Below, one piece after another: positions 55,500-64,000 of a stretch of DNA of 64,000 nt. The number at the start of each line of letters is the position of its first letter. Positions within the stretch are counted from its first letter, which is position 1. This DNA comes from an uncultured Spirochaetota bacterium (GTDB taxonomy: Bacteria; Spirochaetota; Spirochaetia; SZUA-6; CAVTHK01), in assembly GCA_963734495.1 (NCBI GenBank), contig CAVTHK010000001.1, forward strand, positions 640,001 to 704,000, written 5' to 3'. The notes below the pieces were generated by a model. The model was not told the origin of the DNA, searched no databases, and saw nothing but the letters and a program-made list of their open reading frames with translations. Position numbers and translations under genes: made by a program.

Positions 55500-56888
55500 T
55501 CATCTGTGGAATGAGGAACCGATGTCCAGTTCCTTGCGGTATTTGGATACCGTGCGGCGCGCGAGGTCGATGCCTTTCTCGTGCAGGATGTCGGCGATCT
55601 CGCGGTCAGAGAGCTGCTTGTGCCCCTCCTCTGCGAGGATTTCGCGGATGATCTCCTTGACCCCCTCCTTGGAGAACCGGCTCCCCGACGACCCCGAGCC
55701 GGAAATGGAATTGGTGAAGAAATACTTCAGCTCGAAGATACCCCACTCGGTCTGTATGTACTTGGCGGACGTGATGCGGGAGACGGTCGCCTCGTGGACC
55801 CCGATCTCGGCGGCGATGTCCTTGAGCGTGAGCGGGGCGAGGTACTTGGGGCCGCGGCGGAAGAACTCCCGCTGGAACTCGACGATCGTCTTGACCGTCT
55901 TGAGCAGGGTCTGGTTGCGCTGGTTGATGCTGCGGATGAACCAGCGCGCGTCGTTGAGCTTTCCCTTGACGAAACGCGAGAGATCCTTGGCTCCGCCCTT
56001 GCCGTCGCTCTTCCCGTCGCCCTTGCCGTCCGCGATCCTGGCAAAGCCGGAGTTGATGCTGAGCACCGGGATCTCCTCGTCGTTGAGCACGATGACGAAC
56101 TCGCCGTCGCGCAGCTGCACCATCACGTCGGGGATCACGTACTGGGCCTCGCCCGCGTAGTTGCGTCCCGGCATCGGGTCCAGCGTCTGGAGGAACTCCA
56201 CCGCCTTCGCGATCTCGGCCTCGCTCGTGTGCAGCTTGCGGGCGATCTCCCCGTTCTTCCCGCGCTCGAGGAGCTCCAGGTACTTTTCGACCAGGGCCTT
56301 CGCCAGCGGGTGCGGCTCGGGGTGGTCGGCGATCTGCACGAGCAGGCTCTCCTGGTAGCCCGCGGTGCAGCAGCCCGGCGGGTCGAGGCGCTGGATGAGC
56401 CGCATCATCTCGCGCATGACCGGCAGGTCCTTTTCGCCGACGAGCGTCTCGGGCGGCTCGATGTGGAAGCCGTTCTCGTCGAGGTTGCGGATCAGCAGCT
56501 CGCCGATCTCGAATGAGCGCTGCGGCAGCGGGTGCAGCCGCAGCTGCCACACCAGGTGGTCGCGCAGGCTCTCAGGCCGCGAAAGCGTGCCTTCGATGAA
56601 CTGCTGCTTCTGGTCGCTCGCCTCCTGGCCGTCGCGGCGGGAGTACCCGGGGTCCGACGACTCCTCGAACACGCTGTAGTCCGTGTCGGTGCCGGCCGAG
56701 AGCTGGTCGATCGAGACTTCGGACGGGTCCTCGATCACCTCGAGCGCGGGGTTCTTCTCCAGCTCTTCCTCGATCTTGAGGCGCAGGTCCTGAATCGGCA
56801 GCGCCATGATCTGGATGGCCTGCACGAGCTGCGGTGTGAGCTTGAGTCTCTGTTCCTGCCTGAGGACAGGCTTTTGATACTGCTGCAA
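55500..56888 (-). CDS. rpoN: RNA polymerase sigma-54 factor
   Basis: LTPQLVQAI, NPALE, HEATVSR, RpoN box ARRTVSKYR. Confidence 0.97.
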   Translation of the reverse strand: MQQYQKPVLRQEQRLKLTPQLVQAIQIMALPIQDLRLKIEEELEKNPALEVIEDPSEVSIDQLSAGTDTDYSVFEESSDPGYSRRDGQEASDQKQQFIEGTLSRPESLRDHLVWQLRLHPLPQRSFEIGELLIRNLDENGFHIEPPETLVGEKDLPVMREMMRLIQRLDPPGCCTAGYQESLLVQIADHPEPHPLAKALVEKYLELLERGKNGEIARKLHTSEAEIAKAVEFLQTLDPMPGRNYAGEAQYVIPDVMVQLRDGEFVIVLNDEEIPVLSINSGFARIADGKGDGKSDGKGGAKDLSRFVKGKLNDARWFIRSINQRNQTLLKTVKTIVEFQREFFRRGPKYLAPLTLKDIAAEIGVHEATVSRITSAKYIQTEWGIFELKYFFTNSISGSGSSGSRFSKEGVKEIIREILAEEGHKQLSDREIADILHEKGIDLARRTVSKYRKELDIGSSFHR

Positions 56889-57064
56889 AGGGTCTGCCCT
56901 TGCCTATGTCGGGCGCGGCCCATGCCGGGCATGGGGCCGGCGTCCAGACCCGCCGCGGCGGCGGGTGACGACGGCCTGCCGCAAATCCGACCGGCTCCTA
57001 GAAGTCTCCGGCATGGCCGGTGGCCTTGTCAAATCCGCTCGTGTCACCGGGCGATCGTTTCCCC

Positions 57065-57790
57065 TCACATCCGGAAGTCATGCCCGAGGTAAGTTTCCCG
57101 GGCCACCGGGCTCGCCAGCAGCTCGTCACGCGCGCCGCTGGCCACGATCAACCCGAGGTCGATTATATAGGATCGATGCGTTATTTCAAGGGTATCGCGG
57201 ACGTTGTGGTCCGTGATCAGGACGCCGATGCCCGAGGCGGCGAGCCGCTGCACGATGCGCTTGATCTCCGTGACGGCCTTGGGGTCGATGCCCGCGAACG
57301 GCTCATCCATCAGCAGGAAGGTGGGCTCGAGGGCGAGCGAGCGCGCGATCTCGGTGCGTCTGCGCTCGCCGCCGGAGAGCGTGTGGGCCTTCTGCCGCCG
57401 CACCGCGGAGAGCCCGAGGTCCGCGATCAGCCGCTCCAGGCGCTCGCGCTTGGCCGCCTCGGGGATGTCGCGCCGGGTCTCGAGGATCGCCCACACGTTC
57501 TTCTCCACCGAGAGCTGGCGGAACACGGAGGGCTCCTGCGGCAGGTAGGCGATCCCCTTGCGGGCGCGGCGGTGCATGGGAAAGGCGGTGATGTCGAGCT
57601 CGTCGAGGATCACGCGGCCGCTCGTCGGCCGGATGAATCCGACGATGGCGTAGAAGACCGTGGTCTTTCCAGCGCCGTTGGGGCCGAGCAACCCGACGAT
57701 CTCGCCGGGCTCCATCGCGAAGCTCACGTCCTGAACCGCGGCCTTGCGGCCGTAGAGCTTCTGCAGGTTCTCGACGGCGAGGCGGCTCAC
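57065..57790 (-). CDS. lptB: LPS export ABC transporter ATP-binding protein
   Basis: GPNGAGKT, YLPQEPSVF, LSGGERRR.EIAR, DEPFAGIDP, ITDHNVRDTL. Confidence 0.95.
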   Translation of the reverse strand: MSRLAVENLQKLYGRKAAVQDVSFAMEPGEIVGLLGPNGAGKTTVFYAIVGFIRPTSGRVILDELDITAFPMHRRARKGIAYLPQEPSVFRQLSVEKNVWAILETRRDIPEAAKRERLERLIADLGLSAVRRQKAHTLSGGERRRTEIARSLALEPTFLLMDEPFAGIDPKAVTEIKRIVQRLAASGIGVLITDHNVRDTLEITHRSYIIDLGLIVASGARDELLASPVARETYLGHDFRM

Positions 57791-58692
57791 CTGGGCGCCT
57801 CCGGGACGCGCGCGGGCGGGTCGACAGGGGCTGAAGGCGCGGGCGTCATGGGCGACGGGGCGGGGCGCGGCGCCGGGGCGGGGCCCGGGGCCGGCGTCGT
57901 GGGCGCGGGCGCCGGCGGGGGCGTGCCCGGCTCAGCCGGACCCGCGGCGGCCGGGGGCGCCGACTCGGTGGGGGCGGGTTTTTCGGGAGCCGCGGCGCCC
58001 GCGGGCGTTCCGCCTTCACCTTGTTTCTTTTCCTCGTAGCTCACCTCGCCCGAGACCGCGCCTTCGAGCTGGATCTTGTCGGACTTGAGGTCGACGTTGA
58101 TGCGCGCGGCACGGTAGGTGTCGCCCTTCCACCTGACGACCGGGAGGCCCGAGAGCTCGAGGCGGTCCTCGTCGCGGAAGTAGCGCGCCATCTGCGAGCG
58201 GCTCGCGAGGTCCTTCTTGAGGATGCGCACGCCGATCTGGATGAGCGTGACGCCCTCCTTGTCGCGGTTCTCGAGGAGCTCGCCCTTGATCACCATCTCG
58301 TGCTTGCGATCCTCCATCACCGCGTTTCCCTGCAGGCGGATGACCCTCTCCTTGCGGTCGTAGTCCACCCCGTCGCAGGTAAAGGTGGTGTCGTTCTTCG
58401 TGTCGGTGATCCGCACGCCTCCCCGGCAGAGGGCCAGGTTGAAGTCTTCGCCGTAAAGCTCGATGCTGTTGGCCTCGATGGTGAACTGATCCGAAACGAG
58501 CCGGGCGTGGCCCGCGAGGACCGTGCGCTCGCGTCCCTTGGCGAGCTCGGCGTCGAGGCGGTCGCCGGAGAAGCTGAAGGTGTCGGCGGCCGATGCCCCC
58601 GCGGCGAACGTGGCAAGGAGCGTCACAAGAGCGAGCGCGCCTCGCGCGACGCGGTGCGGCCGGCGCGGTCCATGTGCCGAGCCGCGGCTCAC
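57787..58692 (-). CDS. LptA/OstA-like periplasmic beta-jellyroll protein with Pro/Ala-rich tail
   Basis: Signal peptide, beta-rich OstA-like body, located between lptC-like and lptB. Confidence 0.75.
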   Translation of the reverse strand: MSRGSAHGPRRPHRVARGALALVTLLATFAAGASAADTFSFSGDRLDAELAKGRERTVLAGHARLVSDQFTIEANSIELYGEDFNLALCRGGVRITDTKNDTTFTCDGVDYDRKERVIRLQGNAVMEDRKHEMVIKGELLENRDKEGVTLIQIGVRILKKDLASRSQMARYFRDEDRLELSGLPVVRWKGDTYRAARINVDLKSDKIQLEGAVSGEVSYEEKKQGEGGTPAGAAAPEKPAPTESAPPAAAGPAEPGTPPPAPAPTTPAPGPAPAPRPAPSPMTPAPSAPVDPPARVPEAPR

Positions 58693-59343
58693 GGCGGCCC
58701 TTCCTTTGTTTCGGCGGTCTTTTCGGCGGCCTTCTCCGTGGCCTTTTCGCTGGTCTTTTGCGTGACGACTGTCCCGCTCACGCCGGCGCCGAAGCGGATC
58801 GTGCGCGTGCGGAAGTCCGCCTCGAAGCCCTTTCCCGTGATGCGGGAGCCGTCGTCCTTCTCGACCTGCACCGCGTCCTCCGGACCGCCGCGGACAAACC
58901 GGTGCTGCGCGGTCCCAGTCGAGCGCGGTGGCCTTGAGCCTGGCCTTGTCCCGCGCGGAGTACAGCTCGATCCCGCCGGAGAACTCGGCGTTCTCGGTGT
59001 CGCTGTGAAAGACGACCCGCTCCGCGCGGCCGTCGATGGAGAGCTCGCCGGCGGAGTCGAACTCCCGGAAGCGCGCGCTGGAGAGCAGGACGCGGCTGCT
59101 GGCGCTGTAGGTCTTCGCCTCGCGCGCCTCGAGCACGAGCTGCGGCTTCCCGTCCCTCACCACCGTCTGCGAGAAGTTCTCGAGGATCGTGTCGGGGATC
59201 TCCTGGCCGAAGCTTTCGGCGACGGTGGCGGGCTCGTAGTTGAAGCTGCAGGCTGGCGAGCGCGCGAGGATCGCCGCGCGGCCGCCGCGCCGCGGGCCGC
59301 CGCCCGCGCCCCGGGCTCTCCGCAACCCGCCTCGCGCTTCCAT
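58689..59343 (-). CDS. LptC-like protein (breaks near 58900, probably also in the signal region)
   Basis: ACSFNY lipoprotein-like N-terminus, LKATALDWD, DGSRITGKGFEADF; located between pyrG and lptA-like. Confidence 0.7.
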
Positions 59344-60951
59344 CAGCCTGCCTGACCCGCCAGGCAGGCCCCGATGAAGCTGCTGAACAGGGGGTGCGCC
59401 TCGCAGGGGCTTGGAGCGGAACTCCGGGTGGAACTGCACGCCGATCCCCCACGGGTGGTCGGGCCATTCGACGGCCTCCACCAGCGACTCGTCGGGATAC
59501 ATCGCGGAGACCGCGAGGCCGGCCTTCTCGAGCTGCGGCGTGTAGGCGTCGGAGATCTCGTAGCGGTGCCTGTGGCGCTCGTGGATCACGGGCTCGCCGT
59601 AGATCGCCCGCAGGTGAGTCCCGTCGCGGAGATCCGCCCGCATGGCGCCCAGCCGCATCGTGCCCCCGAGCCGCGTGACTTCCCGCTGCTCCTCCAGCAG
59701 CGCCACGACCGGGTGAGGCGTCTCCGGGTCGATCTCGGTGCTGTTGGCCCCCTGGAGCCCGAGCACATTGCGGGCGTACTCGATCACCATCATGTGCATG
59801 CCGAAGCAGATGCCGAAGTACGGCTTGCCGTGCTCCCGGGCCCAGCGGCAGGCGAGGATCATGCCTTCGATCCCCCGCGCGCCGAAGCCGCCGGGCACGA
59901 GGAAGCCGTCGACCTCGCGGAGGCGCGGATCTTCGCCGCCGGTCTTCTCCAGCGACTCGGCGTCGACCTTGACGAGCTCGACGCGGGCGGCGTTGGCGAG
60001 GCCCCCGTGGAACAGCGCCTCGAAGACGCTCTTGTACGAGTCGTGGAGCTCCAGGTACTTGCCGACGAAGCCCACCTTGACCGTGCGCGTGGCGTTGCGG
60101 TGCGTCTCCGTGATCCCCCGCCAGGCCGCGAGGTCGCGGTCCGCGCCGGAGAGGCCGAGCTTTTTCATGATGATCTCGTCGAGCTTCTGGTCCGCGAAGG
60201 CGATCGGGATCTCGTAGATGTTCGCCCCCACGTCGTACGCCGAGATGACGGCCTCGTCCTCCACGTTGGTGAACAGCGCGATCTTGCTGCGCAGCGGCTC
60301 CGAGAGCGGCTTGGCCGCCCGGCACAGCAGGATGTCGGGCTGGATGCCGAGCTCGAGCAGCGCATGGGCCGAGTGCTGCGTGGGCTTGGTCTTGTACTCG
60401 CCGCGGCCCACGAGCGGGACGAGCGTGAGGTGGACAAAGAGCACCTTGTCCCGACCCACGTCGTGGATGAACTGGCGCGCCGCCTCCAGGAACGGAATCG
60501 ACTCGATGTCGCCGACGGTGCCGCCGATCTCGATGATGGTGACGTCGACGCCCTTCTGATCGCCGATCTCGCGGATGCGTTTCTTGATGTGGTCGGTGAT
60601 GTGCGGGATCACCTGCACGCACCGGCCGAGGTAGCGGCCTTCGCGCTCCCGCTGGATCACCTCCTGGTAGATCTGGCCGGTGGTGATCGAGTTCTGCCTG
60701 GAGAGCGGAGCGGACGTGAAGCGCGCGTAGTTGCCGAGGTCGAGGTCGGTCTCCGCGCCGTCGTCGGTCACGTAGACTTCGCCGTGCTGATACGGGTTCA
60801 TGGTCCCCGCGTCGACGTTGATGTAGGGATCGACCTTGATCATGCGGACCGTGAGCCCCCTGGATTCCAGAAGGCTCCCGATCGAGCTCGCCGCCACGCC
60901 CTTGCCGAGGCTGGAACACACGCCCCCGGTCACGAAGATGTACTTGGGCAT
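59343..60951 (-). CDS. pyrG: CTP synthase (break near 59400)
   Basis: FVTGGVCSSLGKG, DPYINVDAGTM, KTKPTQH, PGGFG, GICFGM, ERHRHRYE, QFHPEF; C-terminus AHPLFSSFI is in the next frame. Confidence 0.96.
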
Positions 60952-60957
60952 GGGACG

Positions 60958-60988
60958 ATATTATCCGTCCGTGCCCGAAGGGTGTCAA
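60958..60988 (-). promoter_or_regulatory. sigma70 promoter of pyrG (leaderless-type)
   Basis: TTGACA-N17-GATAAT with overlapping TAATAT, 6-8 nt before the ATG. Confidence 0.55.
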
Positions 60989-61108
60989 CGCGGGGGAGTA
61001 GGCCGCGCTGCCCCTCGGGGGGCGATCCGCCTGTGAGGGGGTGAGGAGAATGATGTTGAAGGCGGACATCGGGCGCCCTCGACGGACGCCGGCGCCGCAG
61101 CGGCGCGC

Positions 61109-61567
61109 CTACAGCCGCGCGCTGCCGGCGGTGGCGCAGCTGCTCAGCTCGCCGACGGCAGCGTCCGCCGGCGCGATCCGCAGGATCTCCGGCAGGTTGC
61201 CGCCGGAGCGGCCGCGGAGCCAGGCGATGCCGAAGCCGACCGCGAGCCCGCCGACACCCGCCAGCACCTTGAGGGGATCGCCCTGCACTCCCAGCGCGCC
61301 GGCTGCCAGGTAAGCGCCGAGGAACAGGAACAGCGGAACGATCAGCACCATGAAGCCCGCGCGCACCGCCTTGCCCGGGGCGAAGCCCACCTCGACCACG
61401 TCGCCCGGCCGCAGGGAGATCCCGTGCGGGTTGCCCGCTCGCAGGACCTGCGGGCTGCTCTGGGCAAACGCTCCGCAGGCGGTGCAGCCGCCGCAAGCCG
61501 CGAGCGAGCCCAGCTCCACCTTGACTTCATTATTGCTCACTTGCTGAACTGTCGCCCGCTCGATCAT
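61109..61567 (-). CDS. RseC/MucC family protein
   Basis: MIERATV...ACGGCTACGA, GDVVEV, two TM helices. Confidence 0.75.
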   Translation of the reverse strand: MIERATVQQVSNNEVKVELGSLAACGGCTACGAFAQSSPQVLRAGNPHGISLRPGDVVEVGFAPGKAVRAGFMVLIVPLFLFLGAYLAAGALGVQGDPLKVLAGVGGLAVGFGIAWLRGRSGGNLPEILRIAPADAAVGELSSCATAGSARL

Positions 61568-62408
61568 GGGGGACCTCCGTGCACTCGCGCCTGACGCGTT
61601 CAATGTAGACAGCCTTGCCGTCTTCTGCAATATCCACGAGCACGCCCTGGAGCTCGAGCTTGCGCCACGAGGGCTTGGAGTTCTCGGGAACCTGCGTGAG
61701 GAACTTGCGGATCTCGATCTCCGGCTCGAAGCCGCCCACCGAGTCGAAGCTCCCCGTCCGCCCGACGTCCGTGATCACGGCGGTGCCGTCGAGCAGGCGC
61801 TCGTCGGCGGTCTGGATCCGCTGGTGCGTTCCGATGACCGCGCTCACCTGGCCCTTGAGGTAATAGAAGAGGGCCGCCTTTTCCGCCGTCGTCGTCGCGT
61901 GGTAGTCGACGATGATCCTGCGCGTGTCGCGCCTGACCCGCTCGAGCAGGCCCGGCAGCACGTGGAAGGGATTCGCCAGGTGGACGCGCCCGAACCCCGC
62001 CTGGCCGAGCACGCTGATCACCGCGACCTTCTGGGCGTCGGGGCCTGCCAGCAGCCAGCCCCTGCCGGGATTGTCCCATGGGTAGTTGCTGGGCCGCAGC
62101 ATGTAGCGCGCCTTGGAGAGGTGCTCGACGATGTCCTTTTTGTAGTAGGCGCACTCGCCGGTGGTGATGACGTCGACGCCCAGCTTGTGCAGGTAGATCG
62201 CGTGGCTCCGGCCGATGCCGAAGCCGCCGGTGGCCCCTTCGCCGTCGGCGATCACGAGCGCGACGCCGAGCTGCTCCCTGAGCGCGGGCAGCACGCTCTT
62301 GACCACGAACACGCCCGAGGAGCCGACGATCTCGCCGATGAACAGGATCTTCAGGTCGCGGCTCCTCTCCCGGCGCCCCGTGCGGCAGGGCCCGCTGCAC
62401 GCTACCAC
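61530..62408 (-). CDS. YmdB/TIGR00282-family metallophosphoesterase with degenerate metal site; start uncertain
   Basis: ILFIGEIVG, GGFGI, LRPSNYP..NPGRG, VDYHA, GTH..QTADE, ITDVGRTG. Confidence 0.85.
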   Translation of the reverse strand: MVACSGPCRTGRRERSRDLKILFIGEIVGSSGVFVVKSVLPALREQLGVALVIADGEGATGGFGIGRSHAIYLHKLGVDVITTGECAYYKKDIVEHLSKARYMLRPSNYPWDNPGRGWLLAGPDAQKVAVISVLGQAGFGRVHLANPFHVLPGLLERVRRDTRRIIVDYHATTTAEKAALFYYLKGQVSAVIGTHQRIQTADERLLDGTAVITDVGRTGSFDSVGGFEPEIEIRKFLTQVPENSKPSWRKLELQGVLVDIAEDGKAVYIERVRRECTEVPHDRAGDSSASEQ

Positions 62409-62475
62409 GAAACGCGGCCGCTGTGCAGGCGCGCAGGTGCGGCCTTTGATACCGGCCTCTCGGCCTCCGGCGCCT

Positions 62476-62505
62476 TTGACAAGCCGCTCGCGGTCGCGTT
62501 ACTAT
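62476..62505 (+). promoter_or_regulatory. sigma70 promoter of tRNA-Leu
   Basis: TTGACA-N18-TACTAT. Confidence 0.7.
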
Positions 62506-62518
62506 ACGTGTCACATCC

Positions 62519-62604
62519 GCCCGGATGGTGGAATTTGGTAGACACGCTAGATTCAGGGTCTAGTCCGCAATACGCGGGTGGAGGTTCAAGTCCTCTTCCG
62601 GGCA
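62519..62604 (+). tRNA. tRNA-Leu(CAG)
   Basis: GCCCGGA/TCCGGGC acceptor, CTAGA-TTCAGGG-TCTAG anticodon arm, long variable arm, TTCAAGT loop. Confidence 0.96.
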
Positions 62605-62627
62605 AGAGTTACTGAAACGGCCCTTTT

Positions 62628-62651
62628 CCAGGGTACCAGCCAGGGTACCAG
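62628..62651 (+). repeat. Tandem 12-bp direct repeat CCAGGGTACCAG x2
   Basis: Exact copies at 62628-62639 and 62640-62651. Confidence 0.85.
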
Positions 62652-62708
62652 GACGCCACAGAACACCACTCATCCGGGACCGGCCGCCAGGCCGTGAAGG
62701 GGGACGAG

Positions 62709-63878
62709 ATGGCGAAGAAGGCGTTCTACCTGGTCAAGCGCGGCGATCGAATCACCGAAGGCAAGCCTACCTACTACGCACGCTTCCGCACCGATGACGG
62801 CACGCTGCTCCCGTGGCAGAGCACAGGCGAGACCGTGAAGACCCGCGCAGAGCTGTGGGCGCTCAAGCGCATCAAGAGCGGCGTGGTCGGCGCCGGCGAC
62901 CGACAGACTTTTGGCAGGTTCGCTGAGGGCTGGTGGAAGCCTGAGCACCCGTACGTGCGCGGCCGGCTCGCCCGTGGCCGGCGGCTCGTGCCGACCTACC
63001 TCGTGGTCATGCAGGGCTACCTTAAGAACCACGTCCTTCCCTATTTCAGGGACCGCCGTCTCGGAGCGATTAGCCCGCGCCAGATCGAGGACTGGCTGCT
63101 CAAGCTGCGCGGCGAGGGCAAGCTGTCGGCCGCCAGCATCAATCACGCCCTGCGCTGTCTGAAGATCATGCTCCGTGAAGCCGCACGGGTCGGCCTGATT
63201 GCGCGCGACCCCTCTGCCTTCATCGGCGGATTCGCCCAAGAGGCCCCCGAGCGCGGCATCCTCACGGGACCCGAGTTGGTAGCGCTGTTCGCTGACCGAA
63301 CCATCCAGAAGGTTTGGGACGGCGACCGACTGCACTACACGTTGAACATGGTCGCAGCTTCCACCGGGCTGCGCATGGGCGAGCTGCAGGCGCTTTCCGT
63401 CGGCGCGGTCCGCCCGGGCCACCTATCGGTAACTCGCGCCTGGGAACGCCGCGGCGGCCTGCGCGAAGGGACCAAGACCGGCCGCGGGCGAATCGTGCCT
63501 GTGCCTTCGAAGGTCTCGGCCGCCCTGAACGAGCTGATCGCTGCCTCGCCCTTCCGGGAGCCTGACGACTTGGTCTTCCACAATGGCGAGGACCGGAAGA
63601 CGCCCGTCGATCAACATGACATCCTGCGCGTGTTCTATCGCGCCCTCGAGCGCATCGGCATCGAGCCGGAGCAGCGCGGAGCCCGCCGCTTGGTGTTCCA
63701 CAGCTACCGGCACGGCCTCAATACGCTTCTGCGGGCCGCCAAGGTATCGGACGCGCTCGTGCAGCGCGTGACGGGCCACCGCACCGACGCGATGACGGAG
63801 CACTACTCGCACTTCGCACTTGCTGACTTCGCCGACGTGGCGAAGGTGCAGGAGCGATTGTTCGAGGACGCACGATGA
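62709..63878 (+). CDS. Tyrosine recombinase/integrase
   Basis: TGLRMGEL (R), GTKTG (K), FHSYRH (HxxR), GH, HY (Tyr); core-binding region LSAASIN. Confidence 0.94.
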   Translation: MAKKAFYLVKRGDRITEGKPTYYARFRTDDGTLLPWQSTGETVKTRAELWALKRIKSGVVGAGDRQTFGRFAEGWWKPEHPYVRGRLARGRRLVPTYLVVMQGYLKNHVLPYFRDRRLGAISPRQIEDWLLKLRGEGKLSAASINHALRCLKIMLREAARVGLIARDPSAFIGGFAQEAPERGILTGPELVALFADRTIQKVWDGDRLHYTLNMVAASTGLRMGELQALSVGAVRPGHLSVTRAWERRGGLREGTKTGRGRIVPVPSKVSAALNELIAASPFREPDDLVFHNGEDRKTPVDQHDILRVFYRALERIGIEPEQRGARRLVFHSYRHGLNTLLRAAKVSDALVQRVTGHRTDAMTEHYSHFALADFADVAKVQERLFEDAR

Positions 63879-64000
63879 GCAAGCCCAAAGAGCGGCCAGC
63901 CCCGCGACCGCCCGCGCCGATCACAGACAGGGCCTTCAGCCGCATCGCTGATGTCGGCAAAGTCAGACTGAGTAGCGAGCAGAAGGCGCTGATTCGCGAC
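63875..64000 (+). CDS. Hypothetical protein (partial), ATGA-coupled to the integrase
   Basis: MSKPKERPAPRPPAPITDRAFSRIADVGKVRLSSEQKALIRD, open to the window end. Confidence 0.5.
   Translation, partial: MSKPKERPAPRPPAPITDRAFSRIADVGKVRLSSEQKALIRD

Larger units (their letters stand above)
62605..64000 (+). mobile_element. Left end of an integrative element (prophage, ICE or island) at tRNA-Leu
   Basis: Tyrosine integrase about 105 bp after the tRNA 3' end, tandem repeat in between, novel ORF coupled downstream. Confidence 0.75.

Noticed and set aside
57790-58020. Pro/Ala-rich low-complexity tracts (LptA-like tail, YidC N-region)
   Set aside because: Common disordered linkers in high-GC genomes, with no discrete repeat unit.
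57787-60951. 1054-aa ORF that looks like a PyrG-LptC-LptA fusion
   Set aside because: Produced by compensating indels: the true PyrG C-terminus (AHPLFSSFI...stop at 59343) and the LptC C-terminus (stop at 58689) are in other frames, with normal TGATG and GTGA overlaps.

Overview
High-GC (roughly 70% by eye) bacterial chromosome segment spanning the replication origin, most likely from a Spirochaetota genome. The assignment rests on a spirochaete-type 51-aa L34, divergent gyrB/dnaA, tRNA-Arg(GCG), a euglenozoan-like GAPDH and an SthK-like channel. Left to right: htpG, carD, gap, asnS-aspS-gatCAB, a GH63-like protein, recR-ebfC-dnaX, SRP RNA with a five-tRNA operon, parB-parA with a parS site, gyrA-gyrB, dnaA-oriC-dnaN-recF-dciA-rpmH-rnpA-yidC-jag, and a metabolic block (two aldo-keto reductases, a deleted gamma-CA, aldolase/dehydrogenase, argC, YeiH, korDABC, CNG K+ channel, GNAT, nth). 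Beyond that lie a long minus-strand run (holA, lexA, NtrX/NtrY-like pair, DUF4390, HPr, hprK, hpf, rpoN, lptBAC, pyrG, rseC, ymdB-like) and the left end of a tyrosine-integrase element at tRNA-Leu(CAG). About 20 frame breaks in essential genes are most likely sequencing errors. I found no CRISPR array or recognisable defence system. The most interesting signals are non-coding: a second, 11-bp-phased DnaA-box cluster about 21 kb from oriC, many leaderless-type promoters, and a GTGACA repeat abutting the dnaA -35. Notable proteins are a CarD with a histone-like tail and two probable pseudo-enzymes. All calls are by eye, without database searches.
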